From NCBI GenBank assembly GCA_009602725.1, contig WELB01000026.1:619580-683579 (forward strand): a DNA stretch of 64,000 bases. The letters are read 5' to 3'. Shown piece by piece: positions 41,045-55,192 of this stretch (positions are counted from its first letter, which is position 1; every line of letters starts with the position of its first letter). The position numbers and the translations under genes are program-made. The DNA is from Spirogloea muscicola (lineage: Eukaryota). Below the pieces are notes generated by a model. The model was not told the DNA's origin. It saw only the letters and a list, made by a program, of their open reading frames with translations, and did not search any database.

Positions 41045-42510
41045 AGTTTGGTAATAACAATCTATAAGCTTCGAGTCAACGTTTACAGACATAATGACTA
41101 CCTGGCACCGCCGGCTACACCAAAAGCGTCCCCCCATCCGGGCACCATGCTCTCCCGGCTCCCAGCTGCTCCCAACCTGCGGCGGAGGCGCTCGTCATGT
41201 CGCTCGCCCACCTGCAGGCGCCTCGACAAGCCGCAAGGTGTTCTGTTGGCCAGAGGCGGCACGACCCTTGTCACGCTGTGTATTCCAAACTTCCGTCACT
41301 CGGCTGGGTTCCACAGCTACCTCTTCGTCACCAGCAGTCATCTCTTTCCTGCGCGTCTTACTGTTCAGTAGTGCATTAAGGCGGGACGCAAGACGTCCAG
41401 TGAAGGGCCAGCCTCTCAGCTTCGGAGTCGGGGACTCACGGCAGTCAGCCACACGGGAAAGCTCGTGCTGGCAGCTCCCTGCGGCTCCTCCCAGGGTGGG
41501 CTGCCGAGCAGCTCGGCGCCGAGCTTGCCACTTCTGGCAATGGCCGAACCATCTCCTGTCAGTCACAATGGCGCACACCGTAGCGAGGCGCGTGAGACCA
41601 GCTGCCGCCGCAAGCCTGCCCTCTTGCCAAACGTGGCTGGCCGGCAGTGAGTGACAGCGGGCCGAACCTGCCGCCAAGTTGGCGCAGCAGCACGCGAGCA
41701 AGAAAGCGGAGGCCCTGCGCGGTGCGGCCGCCAGCCATGGAGGCGCCACGGGCCTCCGCTCGGAGGCCCCCATGCTGCGCTGCCGAGGGGCCGCCCTCGT
41801 CTCTGCGGCAGCACTTGCAAAGCGCGCAGCGGGCGGGCCGCCTTCAGCGCGCCTGTGGAGCTTCGGGGGCCCGCCCACGGAGGCCTTGGCAGCCGCAGCT
41901 CGGCCACGGGCAGCGGAGCTGAGGCCCGCAGATGCTGTCGCCGCGCTTGCGGAGGGGCTGAGGCGGCAGCTTGAGCGGAGGAGCCCACAAGGGCCGTCTC
42001 CGCGCGCGTCCCGGGCGTGAGGCAGCGCAGCCGGCGAAGCGGGCGGCGTCGCTTCGTCCGGCGATGTGGCCGGGCTTGCGCTGTCGGCTGCGACGAGGTG
42101 AAGGTGGGAGGGAGCAGGCGGGCGGGGCAGCTGGGACCCAGGTACCCGAAACGGGGGGGGGAGTCAGCAGCAGCTCGGCAGTGGCGGCAGTCCTCGTCCC
42201 TCACGTTCAACGTCCAGCGGCAGGCATGCCTCTCAATGTGCCGCCCTCCCTCCCTCCTCCCCCCCTCCCTCNGGGGGGGCACTGGAGGAAGGGGTCGCGT
42301 TTTGTCGCTTGCGGCCCGCCAGCCCGTTGCGGCCGGCCCGGGAAGCCGTTGGCAACGGGGCCCCCCCGCCTCTGCTGCGCCGTCCTGGAGCCCACAGGCA
42401 GGGCTCCGCCTGCGGCCCAGCTTTGGTGCTGAGCCAACAGAGGCTTGTCGTTGGCCGGCCTTGCGGGCGTCCGTAGTACAAACAGCTTGAGACTGCCAGG
42501 GTGTGTTCCT

Positions 42511-42546
42511 TGTAATTGTTATTCTAATTGTAATTGTAATTGTAAC
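42511..42546 (+). repeat. (TGTAAT)n-like AT-rich short repeat
   Basis: tgtaattgttattctaattgtaattgtaattgtaac. Confidence 0.65.
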
Positions 42547-42759
42547 TTATTAGTTCAGAATTTCTGATGTTCATTTACTTCTGGATCTCGTCGGGGCGCC
42601 CCCTTTCTCCACTTCTTCCTTCCAATCGGTGCTTGCATAGCTGTATTATACTGCTTTGATTGTACCTATTCGTATTTTGCGCCTTCCGGCCATTTCAGTC
42701 ACTCGTTTCGGCCCCTTTACAGCCGATGCCTCACATTGAAAGAGCTGTTTTCTCTCAAG

Positions 42760-42900
42760 CCACTTCGGACCTTGTCCATTCTCTCCTCCTCCCGGTTGGC
42801 CTTTCACAGCCTTTTTGGCCCCTTTGGACCTTGTCAAGTGATTCTTGGGCTGGCTTTTCACAAAACCATCGCTCCCTCTGGAAGAGCTCACTTCTTCTTT
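42760..42900 (+). repeat. Dispersed repeat, one partial and one full copy in tandem
   Basis: cttcggaccttgtccattct...ggttggcctttcacagcc then tggcccctttggaccttgtcaagtgattcttgggctggcttttcacaaaaccatcgctccctctggaagagctcacttct. Confidence 0.85.
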
Positions 42901-43528
42901 CACAATTGCTAGGCACTGCAAAGGAGTGCCTTTCACTCTGGCAGCTCCAACTTCAGCCCCGTGTCAGTCGTAGGAATTTAATTAGAGTTGCATCTGAAGC
43001 TGTAGCTTATGCACGCTTTCCGGAGAGTGAGCAAACGCATCAGCAGCACACAATTTCTGACCTTTGATCAATTTAGCTGCCAACAACTAATTCACCCAAG
43101 TAGGAGATGCTACCATTCACCCACATGAATCTTGAAAGACTGGGTGATTGTTGCGAAATGCTCTTCTGAATACCAGAATGGACGATAAGACACCCGAGAC
43201 TCACGGGGCTCACTAGAATGACACTCAGATAAATCAGCAAAGACAAAGATCACCTTGATTGCTGGTGCACAAACGTCATGGAGACAAAATAACCTGATGA
43301 CAACGTTCTACATACTTGCATACACACACTGCACCTCCAGCCCACCACCAGCAGCTTCGTCTTGGAAGGATGCCAGACTCAGGCAGAGACACAGCTAGTT
43401 GGTCCTTCAAACTGAGCCAATTGGCTCATTTATGAGACCCATGGGTGCCTCACCATGCAAGTGGCTTTGTTATCCACAACAAGGACTGCACAGGCACGAA
43501 GCTGTTACAGCTCATCATCGGAGAGCCA

Positions 43529-46500
43529 TTATCGCCGTGACTCTCTGGCCATGCCAAAATGCAGGAAAGAGTCAGCCCTGCTATACTCCTTGAACAGATA
43601 GTCATCTCTTTGAGGGTTGCTCGGAACCCTGCCTTCGCTGTAACAATGGCTGCAGATGCTGAAGCCTGCGGAAATTTCTTTGTATCGCAACCCAACAATT
43701 GGAATCGAGCAGACGGCACATGATTGCCTTCCATGTCTCACCCTGCAAGAACCCCCAAAACAGACACTGTGGTAACTAGTATGTCTTAGCAGGCCAACAT
43801 ACCTGCTCAAGTCTACCAGCACAACAAATAGCAACTTGAGCACGCAATTGAGCAAAATGTTGGAGACAACAACCACATATTCTTGTGTCTACCTGTCATC
43901 TTCCTCCAGTTTGATAAGAATAGGCAGGATAGGGAATGCTTGGCTGAAGAGATCGTCAAAGGCAGCAAAAGAGATGACGTTGATGTCCTCGTTAGGGCTG
44001 CTGGGCAGGTCGAGGATTTGATCGTGCTGGATTGCAAGGTATACTTGACGGAGAAGCTGAAAATAAGCCTTGGCAGCTGGTAGGCCTAGCACACCAGAGG
44101 CCCTGCCGACCTTCCAAGACAGAGCGTTGAATGCACACTGCTTGCGCTGCTCAGGGGTGCCAGAGCACAGGGGGGCAATAATTGCCAGGAACAGTCCAAG
44201 GTCCAACTTGCCACTGCCACATTAGCGACAGCCGAGCTTACGGTATGAGCAGTTTGTATTAGCAGACGTTGAAGTGTGAGAGCATAACAACATTTGTGCA
44301 TTCCTGCTGTGTAATATAAGAGGGGAGTACAATTTGTGGGGGAAGGGGCGGAGTTGATGACAATGGATATAAATAGTAATGCTCACGACTTTAGGCAAAT
44401 ACCCTATGTATCAAAATTTGAGCTCCTGAAGAAGTGCATAGCATCCCATAAGCTTATAAGATAAGCAGAAGGTAAGCAGTCCAAGCAAAGTGTTGAGGTG
44501 CGTGGAAACAACAGAACTACCTTTTGTCATCCAGAAGTGCAAATATACGGACATTTACGGCCCGCATGGCCTGTTGGAAGAGCTGTGGACTCAACTTTGG
44601 CAAAAGAGCTCTACATATTTTCTCCATGGAGGCCTTGTTCAGCATTCTGTCAGATGATGGTGTCAGACTGTGGCTCTGAAGCCCACCAGTTACAGCTTCT
44701 GCTAACACTGTGCGCAGTCGTGTTTGCTTCTGCAGCAGATGCATGACCCACGACAAGCAGTTAGCAACAGCAAATGATGCATAGCTGATACAATCAGTTC
44801 ATGAAGCAGCAATTGCGCTAGCCACTTGCCACTGCAACTGCCTTCCAGATGTAAGGAAGCTGTCCGCGTCTTAGCTACAGTTGTACGATTGGTGCACCTG
44901 AAACCAGCGCATATCTAAGGCAGCTCCAAGTTCTTTCGGTGGCGTGGTTTCAGCAGAGTTCTGCTTCATTCTAGATAGATCAACTACAACAGAGGTAGAC
45001 TCCATTGCTCGTCTCTGTTGGCGCTCAGCCTCAGAACCCGTAGGAGATGCATCTGGGACACTGCACCGAGCAAGCTGTTAACTCCGATGGAAATGACAAT
45101 CCTGAGAATAGAAGTGCGAAATTTGGATGCTATCACAGACCTTTGAGTGTCTAACGCAGCAATGCACTACCTTGCAGCTCCCAACATTACAAACAAAGTT
45201 CATCAACGGTAAGGCCAGCACTAGCGAGGCTACAACAGGCCTCCGTAACCTGCCTGTTCGGCATAGAAGGTAACGCCTTGTTCTTCTTTGAGGCACGCTT
45301 CAGCTGCTGGATTGCGTCGTACAGCTCCACTCTATCAGTCATCTGGAAAGCTGACTGCAAGTGCAACAAGGACAAATATATCACAGAGTACACATGCCTT
45401 GCACAGAGATTCATGCATGTTGAGAGAGAGAGAGAGAGACCAACATATCTACACCCATGCCATTTGCACTTCAGGGGAGAGGAGGAAGTAGGACCTGAAA
45501 TGAAGTATGAGACTCCTCTACCCGGCCAGCACCCAACAAAGCCACTGCCCTATTCAGCTCTGCTTTCCAGTTGTCTGGCTGCCTAGCAAGGACCCTGTTG
45601 TATGCATCTGCAGCTGCGATGTAGTTCCCGTTGTCGCTGCACAGAGCAGGGTAATGCACCACTCAAGAACGCAATCACCTGGACCATGAGCAGCTTCTCG
45701 AAGTGCATGGTGCCATATCAGCTATAGAGCAAAACAAAGCAGATGCTGGAAACGCCCAATAGAACAAGCTTTCAGCACCTCGAGTGCTGGAACACACCTG
45801 TACAGCTGCCCGAGGTTGTACATGGCGTCTAGATGGACAGGCTGGAGCTCATTAGCCCGCTCAAATTCCTCTCTAGCTCGTTCTGTATCCCCAAGAGCGT
45901 GCAATGTGGAGCCCAGGTCGCAGTGAGCATCTGCAAAGTTTGGCTGCAAAACACCACTTCGTCCTGAGTACAGCTCAACTGGGCAGCTTGCTGCAGTGGC
46001 CTAGGCAAGCATGGGTTGCCAGCAATTCAAAGAACTTTCAAAGAAGCTCATCTTTCCTACAATGACATGTAAGATATGTGCATTGGCAGGGTAAGAGTCT
46101 GCCTCTTGTGAGTTGACACAGAATATATAGACGGACGAGATCATTGTATTTGAGAAGCTTGAGATGCTGACCTCAAGATAGAGGGCATGCTGAAGAGATT
46201 GCTCAGCTGCTCGATAATCTCCAAGTCCAAATTGAGCACTGCCGAGCAGCTTGAGTGCCCGATGATGCTGGGGCGACAGGATGGCAGCCTCTTGGTATTG
46301 CTCACAGGCGTTGGCCAGCATGCCCTCTGTCTCTAGCGCTATGCCCATATTTACATAAACCTGGCTTGCAAAGCAGAAGACGGACGCACTGTTGGCAAAA
46401 GTATGCTGTCCTTTGAGCCCGCATGCATGTCTTTGCATGTCTTCAACCTCGTACTCAGAAAGGTGTAAATGAAATGAGCCTGCCCGTCCAACTGCAGATC

Positions 46501-48234
46501 AGTAGCAGATGTAAGACACATGCACATGAAAAACTACGGAATGGAGTAGAAGGAAGAGGCTTTGAAGTCTAAGCCACACCTCACCTGCGGAATGATCCCT
46601 GCATAAAGGTGAGATTGTTCCCTGCCTGTATCTAGCGCCCGCTGGTAGGCCACCTTGGCTTCTCCAACTTTGCCGCAGGAGAAGAGGGCGTTACCTGCCC
46701 TGAAGTGAGCCCGAGCGTCCCCTGGCATGAGCTGCTGAGCCCTCTGGAAGCTGAGAAGGGCCTCCTGGGGGAGTCCCCTGTCGTCCAGGATCTTTCCCAT
46801 TGCCATGTGGCCCTCGAATGCAGCTTCTGGACACAGGATAGCAAGGGAGTGAGGAAAAATTGCAGAGCTTGCACACTACAGTCCTAGTGGAGAGATAGGC
46901 AAGGTGTGATGCTGACCCTGCTGTCATGCTTTTGACATTGATGAGTCCAACAAGCACCTGTAGAAGCGGCTCCATCTGCACGAGCACGAAGAGGTGCAAG
47001 CTCCTTCGCCAAGACTGGGGTGTAGGCTATCATTCGAGGTTGGAGATCAGCGGCGTCGCGTCCATGTGCATTCTCGGCCGGCCTGTAACCATCCTCGACC
47101 ATTGTCAATTACTCGACACTGTCTGGTACTTCACCTACATCGTGCAGCTCGAGGTGTGTAGACATGATATTTGAAGCCAAGTTTGCAGTGTACCCAGCAG
47201 CCCAGCAGCCCAGCAGCAGGCCATTTTCATGCTGTTGCATCCCGTACTGCAATGTGATCTCTGTAGCAATGTCTCTGAGACTGCCTTACATAGAGTCCCC
47301 CGGCTTTCCAGAGTGCTGAAAAAGACAATCTACTTGCGAGAGCTGCCGCCAAGGTGGCCCCTCAGCTACCCCAAGAATAAGAGCGGCCCAGAGTGTCTGA
47401 GAAGGAAAGCAAGAACTGCAGCACGGTCGTGCAGGAACGTACATAGAAACCTCGTGACGCTTCAGAATGATCTCGAGGTCCTCTAAGAGCCGCCATGTAG
47501 TCTCGAAGTGCGGCCCATCAGCGCCAACCCCGCTTGCATCCACCACGGCAGGAAGACCAGGTGCGAGAGTTCCATTGAGGACGGGAATGTGAGCTGGGAT
47601 GTCTGTCCACGACGCAAACAAGCAGGCCCGACACACTTAATGCCATTACTGTCACTGTCCCATGAGGAGAATGCTTGGCTGAGCATGGAGAGGCTGCTAC
47701 AGCAACCCGGCTCTCTCGTCGCAGGTGAGAGCCAGCTTCGCCCATAGTAGGCGGCTATGACGAAGTGCAAGCACGCTCCACGTGTCAATGTTCAGTAACG
47801 GCCGCCATTGCATCCCCGTTTCTTTCTGCTCACTGGGCCCAGGCCGCTGCACTGGTTGACCTACTGACATGTAACGCCCTTTTGCTGCTCCTCTGGCTTG
47901 CTAGGACAGAGCTCTCACCATCGAGGTTCAGCTTCAAGGCGTCAAAGTCCCGGTTGACATCGCCTGCGCCGTCGTCGTATGTCTGGCGAAGGCCCGCGAG
48001 CGAGAGGCCCTTGTCGTTGTCAATGTATGGTCCATAAGTTCGGAAGACCTCGTCCAGGATGGCGGAGATTTGGTCCTCGGTGAACTTGACGTTGGGGTTG
48101 ACGGCAACGACGAGCGCCGACATCTCCTCGCGGTTGAGGCTGCCGTCGCCATTGGCGTCAAATTGCTGGAAGATGCGCGCAATCTTGCGGTCGCGCTTGC
48201 TCGAAGGCATGAACTCGCCATCGATGACCGTCAT
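43529..48234 (-). CDS. EF-hand + TPR repeat + C-terminal ZZ-like zinc-finger protein (At1g05150-like)
   Basis: KIARIFQQFDANGDGSLNREEMSALVVAVNPNVKFTEDQISAILDEVFRTY...YDDGAGDVNRDF; TPR exons (RAHFRAGNAL, VYVNMGIALE, HHRALKLLGSA, ADAHCDLGSTLH, WKAELNRAVALLG); CAVCSIPIVG..YKE...FSICSHCYSEG. Confidence 0.93.
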
Positions 48235-49183
48235 GGCGGCCGTCAACGACGACGTCTGCTCGACAGCCGCTCGGGCGAGGCCAGGGCCTGCGGCCAGCAC
48301 AGGGCTCTTGAGGGCAGGCCTCGCGCTAGGGGGCCGTTAGCGAGAGCCAGCGAAGCGGCCGCCAGCGGCCGCCGACCGGAGCCAGGCGCCCGCGCCGGGC
48401 CTCCGCGGCCATCGCTCCTCGCATTAAGGCGGCGGTGGCGGCGACGGCGGCGGCGACGGCGGCGGCGGTAAGGCACAACCTGGGCGTCGCCGGCGGCGGC
48501 GGCAGCACGGATCATCGTCCTGGCTTCCTCGGAGCTCTGGAGAGCCAGCGTGGAGGCCGGGAGGAGGTCCCCGCGCCGGCCGCCGCCGCCGCCGCCGCCG
48601 CCGCCGCCNNNNNNNNNNNNNNNNNNNNNNNNNNNNNNNNNNNNNNNNNNNNNNNNNNNNNNNNNNNNNNNNNNNNNNNNNNNNNNNNNNNNNNNNNNNN
48701 NNNNNNNNNNNNNNNNNNNNNNNNNNNNNNNNNNNNNNNNNNNNNNNNNNNNNNNNNNNNNNNNNNNNNNNNNNNNNNNNNNNNNNNNNNNNNNNNNNNN
48801 NNNNNNNNNNNNNNNNNNNNNNNNNNNNNNNNNNNNNNNNNNNNNNNNNNNNNNNNNNNNNNNNNNNNNNNNNNNNNNNNNNNNNNNNNNNNNNNNNNNN
48901 NNNNNNNNNNNNNNNNNNNNNNNNNNNNNNNNNNNNNNNNNNNNNNNNNNNNNNNNNNNNNNNNNNNNNNNNNNNNNNNNNNNNNNNNNNNNNNNNNNNN
49001 NNNNNNNNNNNNNNNNNNNNNNNNNNNNNNNNNNNNNNNNNNNNNNNNNNNNNNNNNNNNNNNNNNNNNNNNNNNNNNNNNNNNNNNNNNNNNNNNNNNN
49101 NNNNNNNNNNNNNNNNNNNNNNNNNNNNNNNNNNNNNNNNNNNNNNNNNNNNNNNNNNNNNNNNNNNNNNNNNNNNNNNNNNN

Positions 49184-49430
49184 TCCCCCTGACGAAAGCC
49201 GGAGGCCGCAGCGAGAGCACGGCCAGCACGCAGATGCAAGGCGTGGGCCATGGACCGCTGGAGGGAGACGGACAAGCGCATACGATACACCTGAGCCCAC
49301 GAGCCAGCGGCGTTGAAGTCAGCCGGCTCACCGCGCCTGCGGGACACAGCGCGCCGTGCAAGCCTGGCCAACAGGTCGAGCCAGTGGGATCCGAGAGCCC
49401 CATGCACGTCCACAGCCAGGGGGAAGAGAG
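49184..49430 (-). mobile_element. CRE/RLE retrotransposon ORF 3' fragment running into the gap
   Basis: FPLAVDVHGALGSHWLDLLARLA...AQVYRMRLSVSLQRSMAHALHLRAGRALAAASGF. Confidence 0.85.
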
Positions 49431-49495
49431 GGGCTAGCAAAGCCAGCCCAGAAAAGAATGGACACTGTCTGCAGGCCTCAAAAGGCCACAAAATA
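49425..49495 (-). repeat. Partial dispersed repeat copy fused to the 5' truncation point of the retroelement
   Basis: Minus strand: tggccttttgaggcctgcagacagtgtccattcttttctgggctggctttgctagcccc. Confidence 0.7.
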
Positions 49496-50551
49496 GTGCC
49501 CGGAAAGACCAAGGGGGCAAGAGCTGTGGGTGTGAGAGAAAAGGGTTACTTTTTGGGTCTTGAGGGGTTTGAAAGTGTCCTTCAAAGCCCTCGCCACCAT
49601 TGCTCCCGACAGCGAGTACTCGGCACATCCATCGCCTTTGGAAGAGCCTCTCGTTTTGCATATTGCAACGATCCTAAGCTTTCGCCTAGCATTGGCGTGG
49701 TGGCTGTGCCTTGGCTGCCGCTTCAGGTCATTGGCGGGTGGCCTCCTTCAGCGGCCACCACCTCCTTCACTACCTTTGCTTTCGTCTGAACAGTGTATTG
49801 GCTCAGTTTGGCCTCGCTTACGATTCTAGTGCACCGCGGGCCTTTCCTTGTCGGAAGAGCTGCTCGAAGTTATTCCAACTTGCGGCTGTAAAACTAGGCT
49901 TACTCACGTGGCTATGAATGGTAGCCACTTGTTCTGCTGTGTACTTTGTGCTCTTGTGTCGGGCATACCTTAGATCTTGTTTACCAATTTGGGCTGGCCT
50001 TTCATGGCCACCCTTACGAAAAAGCCTTTCGCTTTAGAGTGACAGCCTAAACCCAGTCTTGCATGTGCCAACCCCGAGGACTAGTGGGCGGGGTACATGA
50101 GCTTGGCCACCACGTTGAAGCGGTACACGAGCTCTGCATGTCCTATCTTGGCAGTGTACAACGACAACACATGCAGATGACAGTGCTCGCATCAAAGACG
50201 AAGCAGGGCGAGAAGGTCTTATTGAGCACAGGGCACGTGGAATCATGCACATGCACTCAAAGATCTGCCTGCTGTCATGATTTCATACATGATGCAGTTG
50301 CACTCATGCTAACTATGTGTAGTGCATCCTGGCCTTCATGACCCCTTCGGAGCCAATAGCTGCCGATGTATTCTGAAGGTAAGTGGAAAGGGATACCGAT
50401 TTAGCAATCTGCTGCTTTCCATTCGCCTGGAAAGGGTATGACTTCCCCAAGAGATGTTTGTGAATGCCAAACCTTGCAAACTTGACCCATGCTAGTAGAA
50501 TGAGGAAGTGTGCCACATTTTGACAAGAGCTGGATTGTTCACCTTCAAATG

Positions 50552-53500
50552 TCACTTCTTCCCCTCGTCGCTTTTACGAGTAACAGGCTTGCGTCCATAT
50601 TGGACAACCATAGGCTTGTCCTTCAGCAAGTAGCCATGTGTGGCAACCTGACACAAGCAAGGCCAATGATATTGAAGTCCTAATATTGTCCAATATCAAT
50701 CAGCTATCTCGTATGTAGCTTGGACTTTTAGACTTACGTGCAAACGGCCATTGTTGCTTGTATTACAACTGCATACAATGCCAGTCTGCTGCTTGGACTA
50801 TTGTGCATGAATCTACCTTATGTGTAGTTTTACAGTAAGAGGAGCAGTATGTACCACTTACCAGAGCTTTTTGAGCCAGGTTGAGGGCTGGGAAGGTCAC
50901 AAAAGCTTGCCCACGCATACGACCCTCCTGAGTCAGGCACATGGAGTACTTCCTGAATTAGTGTCTGGGTGTTCTACGTTCAAGTCTACGTTACATCAGA
51001 GACAATATCCGTCTAACGAGATTTCTAGTTCAGAAAGGTTGCAACCTGACGAACTTCTGCATTGCATCAGTGATCGAACCCCAATGTGGCCCCACGTTTA
51101 TGTCAAAGATCGTGTAAATGTGATGCAATGTTATGCATAATCAGGTCTTTGCAAGTAACCTGCATTAGCTTCACGCCAAGCTCTTTGTTGGCAGTCTCTT
51201 CTGATCCCACAAAAGGACCTGCTCCAGAACATTGCGTCCTTGCTGTGAGCCATGCTTGCATCACATCACATACTTCAGTGGCACTCATCAAGTTTAAGAG
51301 CCGATAAGTCCTGCTAAAAGCATAGACTTGGGAGTCAAGGGTTTGTCATGAGGTGCTTGCCATAGATATGCCGCAAATCCTCTTGTGTGACATCCTTGGC
51401 CAGGTTCTTGATGTAAAGGACGTCCGAAGGCTCTCCCACTGAGTAATTCTGGACATGGAGGTGATTGACGCGTTGCTTTGGGTCATTGCCAAGCGTGCTG
51501 AGGCTGCCTACCGGCCCCTAATACAGGAGTTCTGTATAGTGCATCACACAGTGCTTGACTGAAGGTTCAGGTGGACGAACTAGGTGACCCAAAAGTATAG
51601 GTAATCTGGACTAAATTGGGGTTCTGCTTGGCCAAGCCAGACGGTCAACACATGCACCTTGAACATGGGCATGGCTAGGATCTCCTCGGGCGACAGCTTG
51701 CTCTTCTGGATCTCCTCAATGACAGCCAACTCAGAGTTCTGCTTCCGAGCGGCTCTTGTCTCCTCACCTGCTCCTGTTCGTTGTGCTGGAGCAAGCTTCG
51801 ACCCTAACTTTATCTGAAGCACATCCTCAGATCAGAATGTCAGTGCACACAGTCACCTGAATTATACACGGCTTCATTGAAGACAGAAGTTTGAGCAACT
51901 ATCATGGGTGTACGACAAGCTTCGAGGTCCCCCAGACTGTGTAGCACAGTCAATCTGTCTGCAGGTCTTATGTTAACAGCTAGAATGCTCGTACTTGGAT
52001 GACGGGGGCATTCTTCTTGATGACGGAAGTAGGCTTGGCCACGTCCTTCAGTGGGGGCAAGCTTGTCACGGAGACCCTGGCTTTCTTCCTTGGCCTCATG
52101 CCGGATGTAAGGGCATCCTCTCCTTCTCCTTCCCTCACCTGGTCGCGTGCATTGACTTAGACAATCAGTCTCAAAATATTTCAGTGAGAGGTTTATGCAC
52201 AGTCCTGAGTCACAATTGCCAGTTGCCAATTTTCGACATGGCTCGCATTGGAGTAGAATGGGTCTGGTTCGCCAGCAGACCTCCTCATCAGACTCAAGCT
52301 CCGACTCGCCGTCGGAAAGGTCAGGAGCCGCTTGAGCAGTCAGGGGAGGAGAAGAAGGAGGGGCTGGAGGCGGGGCAGCTGAGGGGAATGGAGGAGTGGG
52401 GACGGCCGGCCGGAATGGTGCAGGAAGATTCATCTTGTTCATAAGATGGAGCACCTGCCACAGGCACACACACCAAGCAAGGACTCAGCTTGAACATAAC
52501 AAGGTTAACCACAAAAATGTCAGTATGCAAGCTTTTCCATATCTGGCCATACCCAAGAAGCCAGACAACAATCCCAGTCTCCAGTCAAGCGGATGATGCC
52601 AGAAGACTTGACAAGTGAGAGCTCCATGCGAGAAACAGGCAGTAAGAAGGATGCACATCTTCATGCCTTGTAGTGCAAGGTCAAGCGAGGCAAAGCGGAG
52701 CCAGTGGAAGTTCCTGTGTGAAAGTGACTGCCGCCCCAGAGCAAAGGAGTATGGCAAAGGAACGTGGGCAAGGCCAGCCTGCCTGCGTGTAGAGCCGTGG
52801 CACCGCGATGAGCGCACTCGTGATGTTGCTGAGGATGTTGCTGTCTGGCGGAGGGTAGGCATACCTGCCAATATGCCGCAACAGAAGCCAGCACCCGTGT
52901 TTAGCCATAAGCATCAGCATCCTCCGCCGCTTCAACACAGACCTCACAACAGCATTGGACTACCAAATTGTATGAACATCAAACCACAAAACATCGATGA
53001 GTACTTGAGAGTAGGCAAGCTTGACTGCAGGAAAGAAACTAAAGCTCAGCAAGCACTCTGTACTCTTCACACCATGGCGACAGTCCATAACTGACGGATA
53101 GAGCATGGAACGAACTCCAAGTCAGGTGGGAACGGGTAGTCGACGCCGAGCGAGGGAGCAATTGGCTCGCCAGGAGGTGGAGGCTTTGCCGCATAGCTTC
53201 CCGGCAGCATGGTCGGTACAGGGGTGGGACCACGTAGGACAGGTCTGAGATTGAAGCTGGCAGTGGACCGCAGCTCGGTGGGACTGGCGAGGTACGGGCT
53301 CTGAAATGCCAGCCGTGGCGAGGAAGGTGGCGGGAAAGCGTGGAGCTCGAGAGAAGCGTCAGGTGGGGCGGCAGCTGCCTGCACAGCGATAGGTGCCGGT
53401 GCTGGAGTGGGGCCGCTGCTGCGGGCGCCTGACACCACCACGGCCTTGGCAGCGCTACCGCCGGCGAGCTCGGCCTTGGGCTCGGTCTCAGGCGCACGCC

Positions 53501-54336
53501 CGACCCACAGCGTCTTGTTCAGGAGCCGCAGCCTGAGGAGCGCCAACGAGGGTCAACCCCGCGACCAGTCCTAGCAGAAGCACTGACAGCTGGACCATAA
53601 GCATAACTCTGTGACACCGTCCCCTAAGCCCTGAGCCCTACTACCTGAATCTGGTTAAGTGGCATGTGGTGCTCGAGCAGCCGGTAAGAGCACTCGACCA
53701 CCAAAGTGCAGGCAAGCTCCGCGAAGACGGTGGGGGCAGACACCAAGCACAGAAGACGGGCTCATAGCCACACAGTCACGGTTGCAGCAGCACGGGCAGG
53801 ATGCTGCTGACGCAAAGACTTGCTGTGATCGTTGATCTAAGGTGGCGACTGCGAAGTCGGTCTCAACTCCCAGTGACAGGCAGTGGCAGGACTGTGTGTT
53901 TGTGCAAATCTTGCTGCTATCTATGAAGTCAAGGGCTTGCTGTTTTCCTGTGGAGGTACTGGCTGAACTGTGCACCTGTGGAGCTGCGCCTGTGCCCGTA
54001 CGGCGGCGGCCTCGTCGGCAAAGTCGACGTAGGCGCAGTTTTTCAGCCTGCAGTGCAGCAGCAGCCGCCGCAGCCGCCCCAGCCGCCGCACAGGCCCCTG
54101 TCAGCCTCTGGCATCCCAACTGTGCAGTGGCATGGCCGTCCATCACCAAGGGCATCCACGAGACTTCGTCTACGCTCCGACCTGCCAAGCGAGCAGGGCC
54201 GGACGACTGCAGCGCCATAGTGCGCGAGCAGGCGCTGCAGCGTCTCGGGCTGCACTGTGTCGGGGATATGCTTCACGAGCAGCGTTGCTGCAGTAGCAGC
54301 TGCGCGGCCGCTCGGCGTGCTAGGAGGCTCCACCAT
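50552..54336 (-). CDS. RNPC3: U11/U12 snRNP 65 kDa protein (minor spliceosome), two RRMs
   Basis: TLLVKHIPD; LKNCAYVDF; LGVDYPFPPDLE|YAYPPPDSNILSNITSALIAVPRLYTQ|VLHLMNKMNLPAPF; GEPSDVLYIKNLAKDV; MQ|EGRMRGQAFVTFP; HGYLLKDKPMVVQYGR. Confidence 0.95.
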
Positions 54337-54779
54337 GGCGACTCCTTGGCAGCTCACGGCCGGCGCGTCAGCGACGAGGACTCAGTTGCCGCCCTCAGGC
54401 TCTGGCACTGGCGGAACGGCTCAGCGCCGTCGCCCGTCGCCCTGACCGCACGCCAAAACATTCGGCCACCATTTCGGGCTTCCGGCTGTCGCCTTGCGCT
54501 CTCTTGCACATGTCCACGACGCTGCTGGCCCCGTCCACCGCGTGACCAGGTGGGAGGGCAGCAAGCAGTGGCGTCATCGCCCTCCAGCACCCCACAGGCG
54601 GAGCATGGAGCGGGCGAGCATCAGGAACAGGCCTGTGGATGGATGCAAGCGTGTGCCGCTGCGAGGTGGGCGTTTCACAAATAAGATAAGGAGGCACGAC
54701 CGCAGTGCGCGATGGCGAAGTCCTGCTCTGTGCCAATGCTCGAATGCAGCGGGTGGGCTTCAGTGACTGAGGACTGGCC

Positions 54780-54985
54780 AAGGGGACGAGGCAAGGAGGC
54801 GAGGTGCGGGGACGAGGGAGACTGTATCAGGAGAGAGACAGGAATGTGCTGAGGAGAGGGAGGCAGGATTACTGGGATGAGATGACAGAGGGGAGTTGGG
54901 ACCGAGGAAGACTGGACGACAGAGAGAGGGGGGAGAGGGGATGAGAGGGAGAGACGAGGGAGAGGGCGAGAGGTGGGGAAGGAGG
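54780..54985 (+). other. Purine-rich (GA-rich) low-complexity tract in the RNPC3/SURF1 divergent promoter
   Basis: Strong G/A strand bias, e.g. agagagagggggagaggggatgagaggga. Confidence 0.6.
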
Positions 54986-55192
54986 TGTGCAGCGGCCGCA
55001 GCTTGCGCCAGCTCCCAGACGCTGCCAGTCGTCCTCCCACGGCAGAGCCTTGCCCCGCCTTGCCGAGCCTTGCCGCGCCACCGTCCAGCAGGCGTCGAGC
55101 CGCCTGGGCTTGTGGGCCACTGGCGACTGCCGTCGTGCCAGTGGCAGCGCCTGCCGCAGCCGTGGGGGCCCCTCTGGCCGGCCGCGTCGCCC

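Noticed and set aside
41195..42490. Stacked overlapping ORFs in a GC-rich region (similar at 1974-2473 and 53842-55604)
   Set aside because: Expected from stop-codon depletion in high-GC DNA; part may be the true PME2 first exon.
50385..50400. GTATCCCT resembling a U12 donor beside the minor-spliceosome gene
   Set aside because: Imperfect match to RTATCCTT, downstream of the RNPC3 stop, with no supported intron.
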